Source: Marsupella aquatica (Eukaryota; Plantae; Marchantiophyta). From it: DNA of 64,000 nucleotides. Location of the stretch: contig OZ316892.1 of assembly GCA_973895155.1 (NCBI GenBank), positions 10,988,420 through 11,052,419 on the forward strand. The letters run 5' to 3'. Positions 12,768 through 25,277 of this stretch are shown in pieces; positions within the stretch are counted from its first letter, which is position 1, and each line of letters opens with the position of its first letter. A program made the translations under genes and the position numbers. The notes below the pieces were generated by a model, which had not been told where the DNA came from, did not search any database, and worked only from the letters and a program-made list of their open reading frames with translations.

Positions 12768-15700
12768 ATTAAAGTTGGCCCTAAACTATGGGGCCGCAAA
12801 CTGCCGATAGTGGTCACGTGCTGCTAAACCGGTGAAGATGCTCTAACCCCTTTATACATCCTTTATCCTGTACTTAAACCTTCATGATTTTTTCACTTTT
12901 TAACTTTCTACCCTACCTGTCTGCCCCAAGTAGTCTGCAACGGGGCCTTGTATTCAAATAGTGTGTGGCATCTTTCCCCAAAATGCAAGGCAATGCCACT
13001 CTACTGGAATATTGGACCATCCCCAAACTCAATGCCATGGGGCTCTATTAGAATAACGGCCCATGGGCAAATAGTGTGCCCAAGGGGTTGTATGTGAGTT
13101 TAGGCTAAGTATCTGTTTTGTACTTGCAGGGGTTATGTTTGAAATTGGGCATTGTGTTTGAATGATACCTTTTTGTTTGAAAATGGGCATTGTGTTTGAA
13201 AGTTGTCTTTGTGTTTGAATATTGGCATACCGACGTGATTCATGAATTTGTACCATTTGTGCTCATTGTGTGACAGTTGAGTGTCAAAACTTGAACACAA
13301 AGCCAGCTCACGCCCATTTGTGTTAGGTTGGGGAGTGTAAAATACTAAAGACAGTAAAACTAATAAAATTCTTTGGCCTCGATGGTATTAAAGCCTGGTG
13401 TATTATGAGCAATGGTAGCCCTCCAAACTTGAGCTTAAGCTCTCTTTCTGGGGGACATTATAACACACAATAGTTTTGGGTACAATGCCACTAAAGATGT
13501 GGGTAATGAGAATACTGTCATGGTTTGCTTGTGAATTAGTAATACTACCATGGAATTACAGTAGGCATATAGTAAGTCAGAGAAGGGTTAACCACGGGTC
13601 AGATTCAGTTTAAGCTAAACATTTCTGTCGGAACTGTCAGTCAGGTGGAACTAAAATGTAACGCACTCTCCATGAATGCAAGCTGAAATATGATTCCATC
13701 TGGGTAGTGAGCAAGTAAAGTCAGCTGACCAATATCCTCCTTCAAGGAGAATCTGATTGAAAATGTAACAGCTAAGTTATCAACTGGTAGCCTAAGGAGC
13801 CTGATGTTTATGTCTTGCACAATCTTGTTGATGCATAAATGATATCGAGGATAAGCAAGATGACAAAGCAGTCAGATGAGGCAAGGAGTTGATAAGTTGG
13901 CATAGCAACTGGATTTCAAGGACTGCGCAAACTTTGAGGACAATGATGGGTTGGGTGCAGAAAAGATGCAGTAGCATCCCTTTAGGCCCATTTCATGCTT
14001 AGGAATAAACGTAAGCATAATTGAACTTCCCATCAGAATGATAGTTTGCAAACAGACCATAAAAAAGAAATACCAAGGTTGCTGTGATGCTTAGATGGAT
14101 TATTTAACATGAATTATTGTTGGGGATTAATTCAATGATTAGTCAAATTGGCCAAAGATTATGGCAGTGCTTTACACTAGACACCTAGAGTGACATAACG
14201 AGTCAAGTTACTGTTGTGATTGACCTGAAAGGATATATAATACACGTAACATGTGATTATCACACAGAAACGAGGTACATGTGCGGAGCAAAAGTGTTCC
14301 AAGCACAACAGATCCCCAAAAGACAAATTTAAAAAACAGACAGGAAGGGAATCGTCAAGCTGGACTAACAACAAAATTTTGTTGGCGCTTTTTGTTTTGC
14401 AAAGTCATGATGATTCATGATCTATATCTGCTGAACACTAAAACTGTATGCCCTTTTGGTGGAGCCAAATTTTACTTATTCAACAACAACTACTGTAGTC
14501 TCCTGATGATATCGTATGTCACCTAACGTCACATATCGAATCATCCTCGTATCCGCTTATCACCATAAGTCGCATGGCACATCATAAAACCGTTCAAAGT
14601 CAAGTTTCAATGAACTTTTTACATTATCTATTTTTTGGCAAACCCAGAGAGGCGATTTGGGGAGCTTAAATATTCGCGTGGGACCTGTTTAGGGTTGAGG
14701 TTCGCTCCATCCACCACAATAATACATTCGCCTTTAAAAGGTAGATTTGATTGCAGTACGGAGACCAAGATACATTCGCCATTAAAAGGTAGATTTGATT
14801 TCGGCACATAGGAAGGAGAGAGAAGATTGCTGCCAATCATTTGATATCACTTGCATGAGAATTTCATAATGTAGAGAACATGGAAAATGCGGGTTCATGC
14901 AACTACACTACTCAAATTATGTGGTGCCCTTATTATGGTATGAGATGACATGAATACTTTCGCTAATGTTGTGGTAGTAAATACTTTGCATCTGGACATC
15001 ATTGAGATAGAAGTCACAATGCTCTGAGTAAAAAAATCAAATCTGCAGCACGAGTGTGATCAAGTAGATTTCTCTCCCTTGCCATTGAGATATTAGGGAG
15101 ACCATATATCAATTTGATAGGTTCAGACAACACACTTCCATCACTAGATATCACTAACCTATAGTGAAGTCAAGCCTCATGGGTTTGGTCATCAAAAATC
15201 TTATAAACTATGTGGGATCTAAAATAAGTATTTTTGTGTGTATAGGATGGGTTTTGTGGGTAATAGATTGGAGTTCTGATTATCTGTTAGGTCCCTGTTC
15301 GTCTACTTTGTGGCCCTGATTTAATACTATCTCTTTCTTGGTGCGGGTCCCTATCGGATCCGTTAGGGTTCACCCTGGTCTGGGTTCCCTACAGAAAAAC
15401 TGTCACATTGGGATGGGGGGATCTAATTGTACTTCCTCCCCATTTCCGTTCAAGACAAAAAATAAGTATTTTTAATATAAATTAATGAAAAATTTAGAAA
15501 ACATAGAAAACAAAGAAGATAATATAAAATGATTTTTTATAATATTTTAATAAAATGAAATAAATTATTAATATTAAAAATAAATAATTTTTTTGAATTT
15601 TTTTCTTTATAAAATAGATCTATTCATATTAGACTAGGATTGTAGGTGATACCCCAAAAAATACTCTTAGTTAACCCCACTAGAATCAAGCCCAAGCAAT

Positions 15701-16238
15701 TCATCATATGTCTTTAGCACTGAGTACTAGTGTGCCTAGAGGCTCGCTCTCTTAGACTATATCCATGTCCCACCTGAAGCCTTAGTTACAATAGTAGATG
15801 TCCATCTACCAATCCTAGGGGAAAAGGTTGTGGGCCCAAGTAAATGTTTATGTGTAGTGTTTATTTTATCTAGAATTTTAGATGACCTCCACAGGTGATC
15901 TAAATATTTCCAAAGTTAAGCTCCTTCATTCAAGAGATCCTCATACCCCAAGATCTTCATACCCTGATACTCCACAATTCAATTGGATAAGTGCATGAAA
16001 CTACTCTATATCATTATACACTATCGAGTACACTACAAGGATTAATAAATGCTTTTTGAATATATGTTGTAGTAACCTGTAAATGCATGTGCACTCTTAT
16101 AGATGAAAATGTATTTATTGTTAACCAGCACTCACAGACTATGCCTTTTTTATGCATTTATAAAGAAAAATGCTATAATATTAGAGGACTGCACTACTAG
16201 TCTGCAATCACTCATGGAATGCACTTATGCATGGTGCA

Positions 16239-16405
16239 CTAATGTATGATGGACCGATTTAATTTTTGTTTGTAGGTTTTGGTGATAAAAAATTCACAAG
16301 TGCTCTTAATTTAGCAACCATTTCTGAGTGGCGTAAATTCACCTGACTTCACCTCACTCAGAAATCTTTGTCACTTTTGGAAAAAAAGGGTCCATCATAC
16401 ATTAG
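16239..16405. mobile_element. Small MITE-like element
   Basis: Perfect 17-bp inverted repeat CTAATGTATGATGGACC / GGTCCATCATACATTAG; no clear TSD. Confidence 0.5.
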
Positions 16406-16649
16406 GTCCTTACTCGCTAGTTTTTCACCTAACCACAGGCCTCATTAATCTAGGGAGATCTACTGGTCTGAAATTCATGTATAAAAAAAAATTTAAAAAA
16501 TTCATGTATAAAAAAACAGACAAGGAATATTTGTTTGCATTTGTTTTGTCACACATGGTAATCTAAAAACAAAAAAACTACAGTCCATTTGATAAGGTAG
16601 CCTAACACACAAAATACGAGATATCACACGACGACAAGATATGAGAGGC

Positions 16650-17380
16650 GTCTGGTTCTCTTGAAGGGCAAAAGGCCCAAAGTGTTGGCAACCTCATACT
16701 TAATTAATGTGACTCTTGCCATCCATCATCCATGGGTGGTGGAGGCTACAGTAAAGGACTCTCTGTCCTTGGGGCTCGAGTCAGACGGACGGACGAGGGT
16801 CTCCCAATTTCCCACGTCTTGGCCATGCTAGCACGATATTCCTTTGTTCTCTACGGGCTCCGTCCCCTCTCATTCTAAGCCGCCATCCTTGGGGATCGGC
16901 CCACCTGCCCTGGTGCGGGCCAGACCTGGCGCTATGCTCTCATCTTGTCACTAGGAACCGTATCTTTAGCTAGATTCCACATTGACGGTCGTGATTGATC
17001 TTGTGGCTTGCATTCATTGCCTGTGCGGCAATTGTAACCACAACCCCTCCTCCCAAAGCGCCCCTCCAAAGCTCTGTACCGGTGGCCAGTTTGTGACTGT
17101 ACCGGCTACCGAGCCGGTTACAGGATCCGGGAACAAATAGCAGTTCTATGCCCGATGCAAGGTATGGGCAACATGCTTTGGTCAAACCTATCACTAATCC
17201 TATATTGTCTTTTAGCCTTCTCTATTTCTCATGATTTTCTCACTGTTTTTTTTTCATGGATAAGGCGATCTATCAGTTTGGATCGGAATATAAACCGCCC
17301 GGACAGAGGGGGGTGGGTTATTCCCATCCTCATGGACTACGTAAAGTAGCAGCTAATTTATTTCGACCTAAAAAGAAAAA
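16650..17380 (+). mobile_element. Possible decayed 3' end of an L1-like LINE
   Basis: GC-richer island in AT-rich DNA. Broken frames give ILGD...WRYAL...RNRIFS, resembling the L1 ORF2 C-terminus, and it ends in an A-rich tail at ~17370. Confidence 0.3.
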
Positions 17381-17664
17381 GTTTTGTGGGGGGTTCTAGA
17401 AGTGTACTTCATTTTTTAGAAGGGCTTTAAACCTTATCTTTTAAGTGCGCTTTATTAGATGTTTTAGAGTAAAACTGATTCACTTTTATATAACGAGCAT
17501 TTTGAGATCCCATTCAAACTGGGTAGTTTGGATTTGGATAAGGAATAATTAAATTTTATAAATCAGGGGAAAACAAAGTACAATGAAAGGAAACAAAAAG
17601 TGTTCCAAAGAGGACAAACACCTAACCATAATAAAGAAAAGCAAGTGTAAACCTAAAAAATTTA

Positions 17665-18044
17665 CACTGTTCTCCATAGTTAGTGCTATGCAAGAATTAG
17701 TGTTGTACAAAATTAGTGTTACTAACAGTGAATAATTTGGTAAAAATGATTTTTAGTCCAAGTAACACTAATTTTTGTCAGTTTTCAAGACCTTTTCTCA
17801 CTTTAATTTAAATTGCTTGTAAAAAATGAATGATCTTGAGTCCAAAGTAACACTAATTGTTGTGGATTTTTCAAAATAGTTTTTCCTGTTTATTTTCTCA
17901 CTCTTAAGACCACAGTAATACTAATTCATGTGCTCTAAAATAGTGTTAGCACAAAATTAGTGTCACTAACACTAATTCGCAAGTAGACCTTGAAAATGGG
18001 CGCCCTAAAATTAGTATTAGTCATAATAATTACCGTGAATAGTG
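17665..18044. mobile_element. CACTA/EnSpm-like miniature element
   Basis: Termini CACTGTTC ... GAATAGTG flanked by TA on both sides. Many internal AATTAGTGTTA / TAACACTAATT motifs in both orientations resemble subterminal repeats. Confidence 0.55.
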
Positions 18045-18759
18045 TACTACTATAATAACTAATCCCAACATTCTAGTCTATCATCGTTTTACAAAAGTGA
18101 ACAAGGGGAATCATGGTCCGTAGTCAGATATTTTCTAAAATTATTTAAGGCTCTTGGATTGAGTGAGATAGTTACCTCAGATTTGTTTTAATTTATAGTA
18201 CAAAATAAATATACTATGTAATAGAGTATTTGAATGTAATGTTGTGATTGTTTTGTAGCTTGCTTATAGTAGTTTTTAGCATGGAGCATTAAAATAAAAA
18301 TATATTATTTTATTATATATTTAAAGTACATTTTGGCATGGAGCATTAAAATGAAAATAGATTGAAATATAATTGTTTTTGGCATGGAACTAGCACTAAG
18401 GGTAAGTACCAAAATAGAGTAGATTGGCATTAAATTATTTTGGCTTTTGCTCTTAAAAAGAAGGTTTAATTTTTTGGAGGTTAATTGTCTTTTCTTCCCA
18501 TTTTTTTTGCTCCTTTTTTGAATCTTTTTAATGGTGTTAAAGGGAAGAAAAAGGAGGAGGAGGAAGTACCAGACACTAGGAGGGCAAGAGGGGAAAGCAA
18601 GGAAAGCATGGAAAGAAAGGGAGAGGGGGGAAATAGGGGGCCAGAAAAATTTGGGTAAAAAAATAATCATGGGTTGAATAGATGGAGTGGTCGTTATCTT
18701 GCGACTCCAATTTCTATGTGCAACACACCTGTTATTAAACATCACCATAACAACTTTAC

Positions 18760-19282
18760 CTTACTTTGACATCTTTATCTCATCTCACAATTTTTTTAAT
18801 CACATTGACATCTTTTTTGACCTTGCTTGAAATCTTTTCCTCAACTCCACATGTTATCTTTGCTCACCTTAATTTTGTTATCTCACTATCACCCTCAACA
18901 TCTTTTCTCTCCTTGACATCTTTTACTCATCATTATATGTTTTTCTCATCTTGCCATCTTTTCTCTCCTTGACTTCTTTTCCTTAAATCAACATCTCTTT
19001 CTCTCATCAATGCCCGTATCAATGCCTTTTTTCACCTCAAAATCATTACCTCACCTCCTTATCTTGGCCTCTCCTTGACATCTTTCCCTTGCCTAGACAT
19101 CTTTTTCTCACCTCCCTATATTTTCCTCACCTCAACATGTTGCCCTCACCTCAACATCTTTTGTCTCACCTTGAATCTTGCCCTCACCTTGACATCTTGT
19201 CCTTGCCTCAACATCTTTGTCGCTCATTTACATCTTGCTCTCACCTCAAAAAATTATGTGCAACGCACTAGCATCAAACTAG
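18760..19282 (+). mobile_element. Non-autonomous Helitron, 3' part with a ctcaccttgacatctt-type minisatellite
   Basis: Hairpin GTGC-AAC-GCAC at ~19258-19268 is followed ~10 nt later by CTAG|T (19279-19283). The 5' end is not resolved. Confidence 0.6.
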
Positions 19283-19843
19283 TGACTAAAAAAATGAGAA
19301 AAATATCAAACACTACATGAGTGCAAAGTCAATGATATAGCATGTTTATCCTAGAACATGTCTCTTACTTGTCTCAAGTGTAGGGATAAGTATTTAAATC
19401 ATTTAATTTATTTTTGATAAAAGAACAGAGTGGATGTGAAGTACTTGTCAATAAAATAATTTCTTAATTGTTAATTAAGAGTATGTGAGATAATACACAA
19501 AATTATAAGTATACATGCAACGAAAAGCATATATTAATGTTTAGGAAAGTATAAATGTAAAGAAGTTGTGCACATAAGGTATATATTTTCACTTGCTTCT
19601 ACGCAATGACAGTCTAACTCAATTAAAACCATAAAATTTGCAAAGGAAACCATGAGGGGAACTTAGTACACTAGATGTGCACATTGTTCAAAATTATTTC
19701 ACTCACTCTCATGAGAAAGATAAAATTCACTAAGGAGTGATTGAAAATGAAAGATAAAACATTTATGAGGGGAGCCAAAATAAATTTCAGATACTCTAAA
19801 GTTAACTAAAATTAAAAGGGGTTCAAAAGTTAATTCAAAATTT

Positions 19844-22800
19844 TATGAGATAAGGATGTTTATAAAAGAAGGGTTAACTAACCATAAATTTTAGAATTTT
19901 TACATTTAAGATCTTAAATAAGGCTGAAGTGGGACCTGAAGACTACTTTGAAGTGTTATGAGACTTTCAAGCTGATCTGAGGTCAACCCGGATTGATATT
20001 GGAGAAGGAGGATCGACCCGGAACTTTTTACTATAAGCCTGGAATGAGATATAAAGCTTATACCGAGACTCTACTCAACAACAGCTGTCCATTGCCAAAG
20101 TTTTTAAAATCATAAGTCAAACATAGGCACGACCACAGCAGAATCCGGATATAAGGAAGGAGAGTCGATCTGGCCTCTCACACCTCTCAAAGCCGAACTT
20201 AGTAGGTTTTGAGCTCCCGAGCGCATTAGGCTGTTTAAGCAGTAGAATGAGGAGGCTCTACACTTTTGGTAGAGGATCTTGGATCCGGATTATAGGACCA
20301 ATCTTGCATTGCATGATGAGAGCCTGGATATGAGGGAACTGACTGATTCGTTGTGAGGGGAATGCCTACTCCACCGCTGGAAGTGAAGGCAAAAAGTTTG
20401 AGATCCTGATAGTGGATACATCGGTTGTGAGAAGGGAGGCCAGGTCGACCCGGACATCACCATTGCAAGCCCGATTGAGTCCAGATTTTCCCCACTCTAG
20501 ATGACCCTGCATTGTGGTTGACAAAATCTTGATGCAATTCTTCCGAAATGATTTTCAGTTGATCAGAAACGCTGCGGCCAGGTCGACCTGGACATTTCTA
20601 CCAGTGGTCGACACTGAAGAGATTGAACATTCTGAAGTCGCATCATTGTAGAGCTTGCCGTAGAGGAGGCAGAACATTTACCAAAAATCAATTTTCTGCT
20701 TCCAGAAATCCTATGGAGCAAGGGGCGGATCCAGCCGGAATGTCCACTTCTCGCGTCTCTAAGGGGCATTCAACCTCAACATCACCTGCACCTACTCCGG
20801 TTAAAGCCCCTGTGAGACGATCGAAGAGAAAGGAGATCCCTATTGCCATGAAAATTCTGAGGCCAGCTATTCCGGACAGTGAAGCTGAGAAGGTCAAACT
20901 GAGGGAGTCTTTGCTCAGGATGGGCTGTGAGTCTCTGATGGAGCTACCCTGGAGTTATCAGAGCGAAGATATGATCAGAGAGATCCGATCCAAGGAGTAT
21001 CCGGCTGAGTTTAAGGATACCTCCAGAGGCCGACCTGAGCGATGGACTCAGATGATGATTGCAGGAGCTTTTGTATTGGAAGATGAAGGAGAAGGTCCAG
21101 TGGGGAGAGCTGTCAATCTAATTCTCCCTTACTTCAAAGGAGCCATCAACAGTAAGGACGGGTTCAATGTTTCTAAGTGTTTGGATCCTGATCTGAGACG
21201 AGTCTTTAGCTTTCTGCTACCCCTGTTGTACCCTGAGAAGCCAAGAAGAGTTACTGTTGGAGTTGGCTCTACCATTGTTGCTGCTTACAAGGGAGAAAGA
21301 AAAGTCAACTGGGCTAAGCTTATCTTTGATTTGATAAGGAAGCTGGTACAGAACCTGTCCAACAAGAGTCCTACTCCCCTCTCCTGCTACCTGGTACATC
21401 TATATAGCTTTGAAGGAGTTTTGTTCAGAGAGGAGAAGAAATTACTATTGGCCAAGTTCAACTTCATAAAGTATGGAGAGACAGATCCAGATATCACCCA
21501 GGCCACCTCTGATGACAGTGAGGATGAGGAGCCAGCAGAGACAAATCCTTGAAAGACCCGGTCTGCTGCCCGGAACCTCGACCCAGACTTTTCCGACCCG
21601 GCCTTCGTCGACCCGGCTGAATTTCTGGATGCACCCGGCCATGCCTCCCTAGACATCCTAGCTGATTTCCAGATCATCTCAGACACATTCCAGAAGGTGA
21701 AGAGGAAGACCATTGTGATGGAGAAGGCCATCACTGACATTTCTCAGAAGTTAGGAGTAAAACCAGGGCAGATTCTTGAGAAGATCTCCACCATGAGTGA
21801 TATCACAGATAAGAGGAAGTTAGAGAAGGAGAATGAGTTCCTCAAGAAGAAGGTATCTGAACTCAAACAGCAGTTGGAAAGGAGTAAGAAGAAGAATGAG
21901 CTTGAGCATACTCTCCAACTCAGTATCACTCAATCTTTGGATCTGATTGAGCCTTTGACCAAGATAGCTTCTCTGGATCTTCTTAAGGCCCAAATTTATA
22001 ATGAGTATTTGGCCAAGAACACCACACCCATCCTTTTCTCCAAGATTAACCATTTAGTGGTAGATGTGAGTACCAAGGTGGATGATGCACTTACAGGCCT
22101 CTCAAAGACCTGTGAAGCCTTAAGGGAGATGAGTGACTTGACTACTGAGGAGCTATTAGCTGATACTGAGATTCCTCCCTTTACTACCAGATCTTTCTCT
22201 CCTAGTCCTCATGAAGGAGTCTATTCCACTGGCCCCTCATCACCCCTCAACCCTCCTGGTTTCCCCACTCCCAGTACACACTTCCACTCCCATTCTTACA
22301 CTTATTCTCATGACCCAAGTGCCCATTAGGAGAACATGGATATTGACCCGTCCATCCCTTTTACCACTGGTCAGCAAGGAGTTTTCCTTCGACCAGAACC
22401 CCTTGCCATGGCTAACCCTGAGGAGGTTCCTTCTCAAAAGCTAGGACCAGAATAGAGTTATATTTAGAGAGTTAGAGCCACATTAGTTTAGACTTAGAAA
22501 TAACTATATAGATTAGTATATGAGTAAGTAGACTCCAGTATTTTGTTGATGTATCCATTGGAGACTCTACTCCATTTTTGACTATGATAGTTCACTTTTA
22601 TTTACATATTTCTTTAGACTTTGGTTTTGAAGAGGCATGTCTTTTCATAATCTCCACTTTTAGTACAAAAGGAGGAGAACCCAAAGTCAACCTTGGAAGA
22701 GAGAAAATATACATTTGATTTTCTCATTGCTTTTGAAGGAATCTATGTCTTTTCTTCCCTTTCTTTTTACCATGGTTGAGTAAAAGAAAGAACTTTTAGC

Positions 22801-23446
22801 AACCCTTGAGTTGTTCTGAAGTGTTCAATGAATGCTAGAGTGTGCCTTAATGATATTGAAAGATCAATGAGATTTGTGATCAATACATTTGGAAGATTCA
22901 CCAAAGAGGAAATTGACATTTGCACAAAACTCAAACAAGCAATCTTAAGGATTGTAGGAGAAGTAAACCAATTCGAGTATCCTAGTACCGTCTTAAGCAA
23001 GACCAGAAAAGTGTCCCGGGTTGATTTACATTGTTGTCTTCTAAATTCAAGAGATGGAGAAGAGTTGCTACGAGAAATCAAAAAGCATAAAAAATGTTGA
23101 TTTTTGAATCTTAAATTAGGCCATAATCCTTATTGAAGGAGTGGTGATGGTCAGAAATTCAATTCCTTTGCACTTTGAAAACTCCTATCTACTCTCTCTC
23201 TAGTTTCAATCTTTATTAATTCTAGTCTTTATTATTGCACTGTGAATCCTAAGGATTACCCACTTGAGTTTGTGATTAAACACTTATGTTAAGGAGATCA
23301 TTAGAAATCTCTCCAACCTAAGAATGTTGGTATAAACTTCTCAAATTGTGTTAATTAGGTCTTTTCGATCTTATCCACTCCTAACCGGAACGAAATCGAG
23401 TTGTTAAGGAGTAAATTGTCATTTATCTCTTTATCACCTTGCTACA
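19844..23446 (+). mobile_element. 3.6-kb solo-LTR-like insertion (probably Gypsy) containing a long ORF
   Basis: 5-bp TSD AATTT (19839-19843, 23447-23451). Ends TATGAG (TG probably mutated to TA) ... CTACA. Recurrent GTCGACCCGG-like motifs. No gag, RT, integrase, PBS or second LTR seen. Confidence 0.72.
20713..22329 (+). pseudogene. ~540-aa LTR-borne protein (N-terminal globular domain, acidic linker, coiled coil, Pro/Ser tail) interrupted by one nonsense codon
   Basis: ORFs 20623-21552 and 21697-22329 share a frame and are separated only by TGA at 21550-21552 (likely CGA>TGA). Motifs LPW..QSE, RGRPERWT, KDGF...C.DP, LLYPEKP.RVT and VNWA recall a TE-associated family of bryophyte hypothetical proteins (from memory, not searched). 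Confidence 0.75.
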
Positions 23447-23594
23447 AATTTAATTAATACAAATGATAATTCACCTTGTTAAGGCACATAATAATTAAAA
23501 TACTAGACACAAAATCTGAATAAGACAAAACGTGACAATTAGATTCACCATAATCTGAATAAGACAAAAAGTGACAATTTAGATTCACCTAGTG

Positions 23595-24640
23595 CAAACT
23601 CAATGATTAATGTCTACATTGAAATATGTGACAAGAGCTGGTGGGTCACATCCAATGTACTAACCAATTAACCAAATCACTTGCAAGTGGGAGCTAATGG
23701 GTCACATCCAATGTCCTAACCAAATCAGCAAGTGGGACACTCAATGACTAGTGTCTACATTGGAATTTTTGAAGCTGCTATATATGGTGAATTCACCTTT
23801 CAGATTTTGTCTTATTGAGATTTTTTGTGTCATGTATTTTTATTTCAATGTGCCTTATTAAGGGGCAGCATTTGTATCATATACATTTTTAATTAATTTT
23901 TAGACCCCTCCAATTCTAGAGTGTTTTGAACTTATTTTGGCAGCCCTCTTATAACTTTTAAAGTTGGTGATCTCTTGAAGATGAAACCAACGGGCTCCAC
24001 CACTTGAACAAAGTATTCTCATGAGTGAGAGAAATGATTCCTAATAACATGAACACATAGTGTCTTAAGTTCCCCTCATGTCTTTCTTACTTAGGTTATG
24101 GATTTGATTGAAATGGGTGTCATTCATAAGGCACATTGAATTAAGTGGACAAATAGTAGCATAGTTTTGTCATTAAACTTGACTGTACTTTTCATTGGTC
24201 ACTGTGCTTTTCTTGGCAAGCACTTTACTTACATTATTTGATCCTTCTAGTTATGCTCTAATATTTTATTTACTTTCAGATCACTACACCACCAAACAAA
24301 TCAAGCATGTTCGAGGATGAGCATGCTATATCTATATTGGAATATGTGACAAGAGCTAATGGGTCACCTCCAATGTCCTAACCAAATCAGCAAGTGGGAA
24401 CTCAATGACTAGTGTCTACATATAGCAGTGTCAAAATTCAATACATGAATGCAAACTCAATGACTAGTGTCTTCATTGGAATATGTGACAAAAGCTAACC
24501 AAAACAGCAAGTGGGAACTCAATGACTAGTGTTTACATTGGAATATGTGACAAGAGCTAATGGGTCACATCCAATGTCCTAACCAAATCAGCAAGTGGGA
24601 CAAGAATGTAACCAAATCAGCAAGTGGGACAAGAATGTAC
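23595..24640. repeat. Degenerate tandem array of a ~82-bp unit, interrupted by copy 3 of the dispersed repeat
   Basis: ctcaatgactagtgtctacattggaatatgtgacaagagctaatgggtcacatccaatgtcctaaccaaatcagcaagtggga repeated, whole or partial, at 23598-23765 and 24335-24640. Confidence 0.9.
23785..24330 (-). repeat. Dispersed ~500-bp repeat, copy 3 (inverted)
   Basis: The reverse complement matches 11150-11640 along its length. Confidence 0.85.
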
Positions 24641-24960
24641 TCTTGGGGGGCTAGCGTTTGGGGGCAGAGTGGTGCTCACTCTGAAGGATGACAATAAATG
24701 GCTTGAGCCTGGGCACGCTGCAAGGCCACTGAAATGCGCTGACAAAGTGTGTGGTCAAGATGGACAGTGGGGGTCCGGAGGAACCCGTCCATCCATGCAC
24801 ATGTCACAAGCAGCCTCTCAATAAGGGTGGTGGAGAAAAGAAAGTATTGCAATAGTTGTAGACGCATTTCTTGCAAACGCTCACCCCACAGTGGATTCGG
24901 TGATGGCCAATGGTAGATACATTTTCAAATTTCAGCCCCAATATCATCCACCAGCTAACT
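24600..24960 (-). mobile_element. 3' fragment of a CRE-like (restriction-like endonuclease) non-LTR retrotransposon
   Basis: Minus-strand frames give YLPLAI..., QRISVALQRAQAQAI and a terminal VPLADL. These match the C-terminal RIS(V/F)ALQR signature I associate with CRE/RLE elements. Confidence 0.55.
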
Positions 24961-25057
24961 CTTACGCTAAAGGAATTTAGAATATATCTACAGTAGTATA
25001 TGAGACTAGTACTAAGAGCTACCTGGAATACTTATGAGTCAAGAGGATAAAATATTG

Positions 25058-25277
25058 CAGTTTTTAAGTACATTGTCACTAAAGATGTTTAAATTTACAA
25101 TATTGCCACTATTTTTTTCATATTTATAAAAATATCATTATTTAAGTATATAGTTCCCCTAGTTACCCTGGTAAACTTGTCATCTGTATATGAAACCATG
25201 ACATTTTTATAAATATAGAAAAACAGTGACAGTATTGTGAATTAGAACATCTTTAGTGATAAAATAATTAAAAGCTG
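25058..25277. mobile_element. Mutator-type MITE related to the MULE at 42369-48185
   Basis: ~80-bp imperfect TIRs CAGTTTTTAA..cactaaagatgtt..caatattgccact / ...TTAAAAGCTG resemble the MULE TIR CAGCTTTTAA..cactaaagttgtc..caatactgccac. The TSD is degenerate. Confidence 0.78.

Larger units (their letters stand above)
11819..12843. mobile_element. Non-autonomous PIF/Harbinger element
   Basis: TIRs GAGCATCTCCACTGG ... CCGGTGAAGATGCTC flanked by TAA TSDs (11816-11818, 12844-12846). Retains a Myb/SANT-like ORF remnant. Confidence 0.88.
19335..23590 (+). repeat. Dispersed ~500-bp repeat, copy 2, split by the 3.6-kb insertion
   Basis: Homology to copy 1 stops at 19843 and resumes at 23447. Confidence 0.75.
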
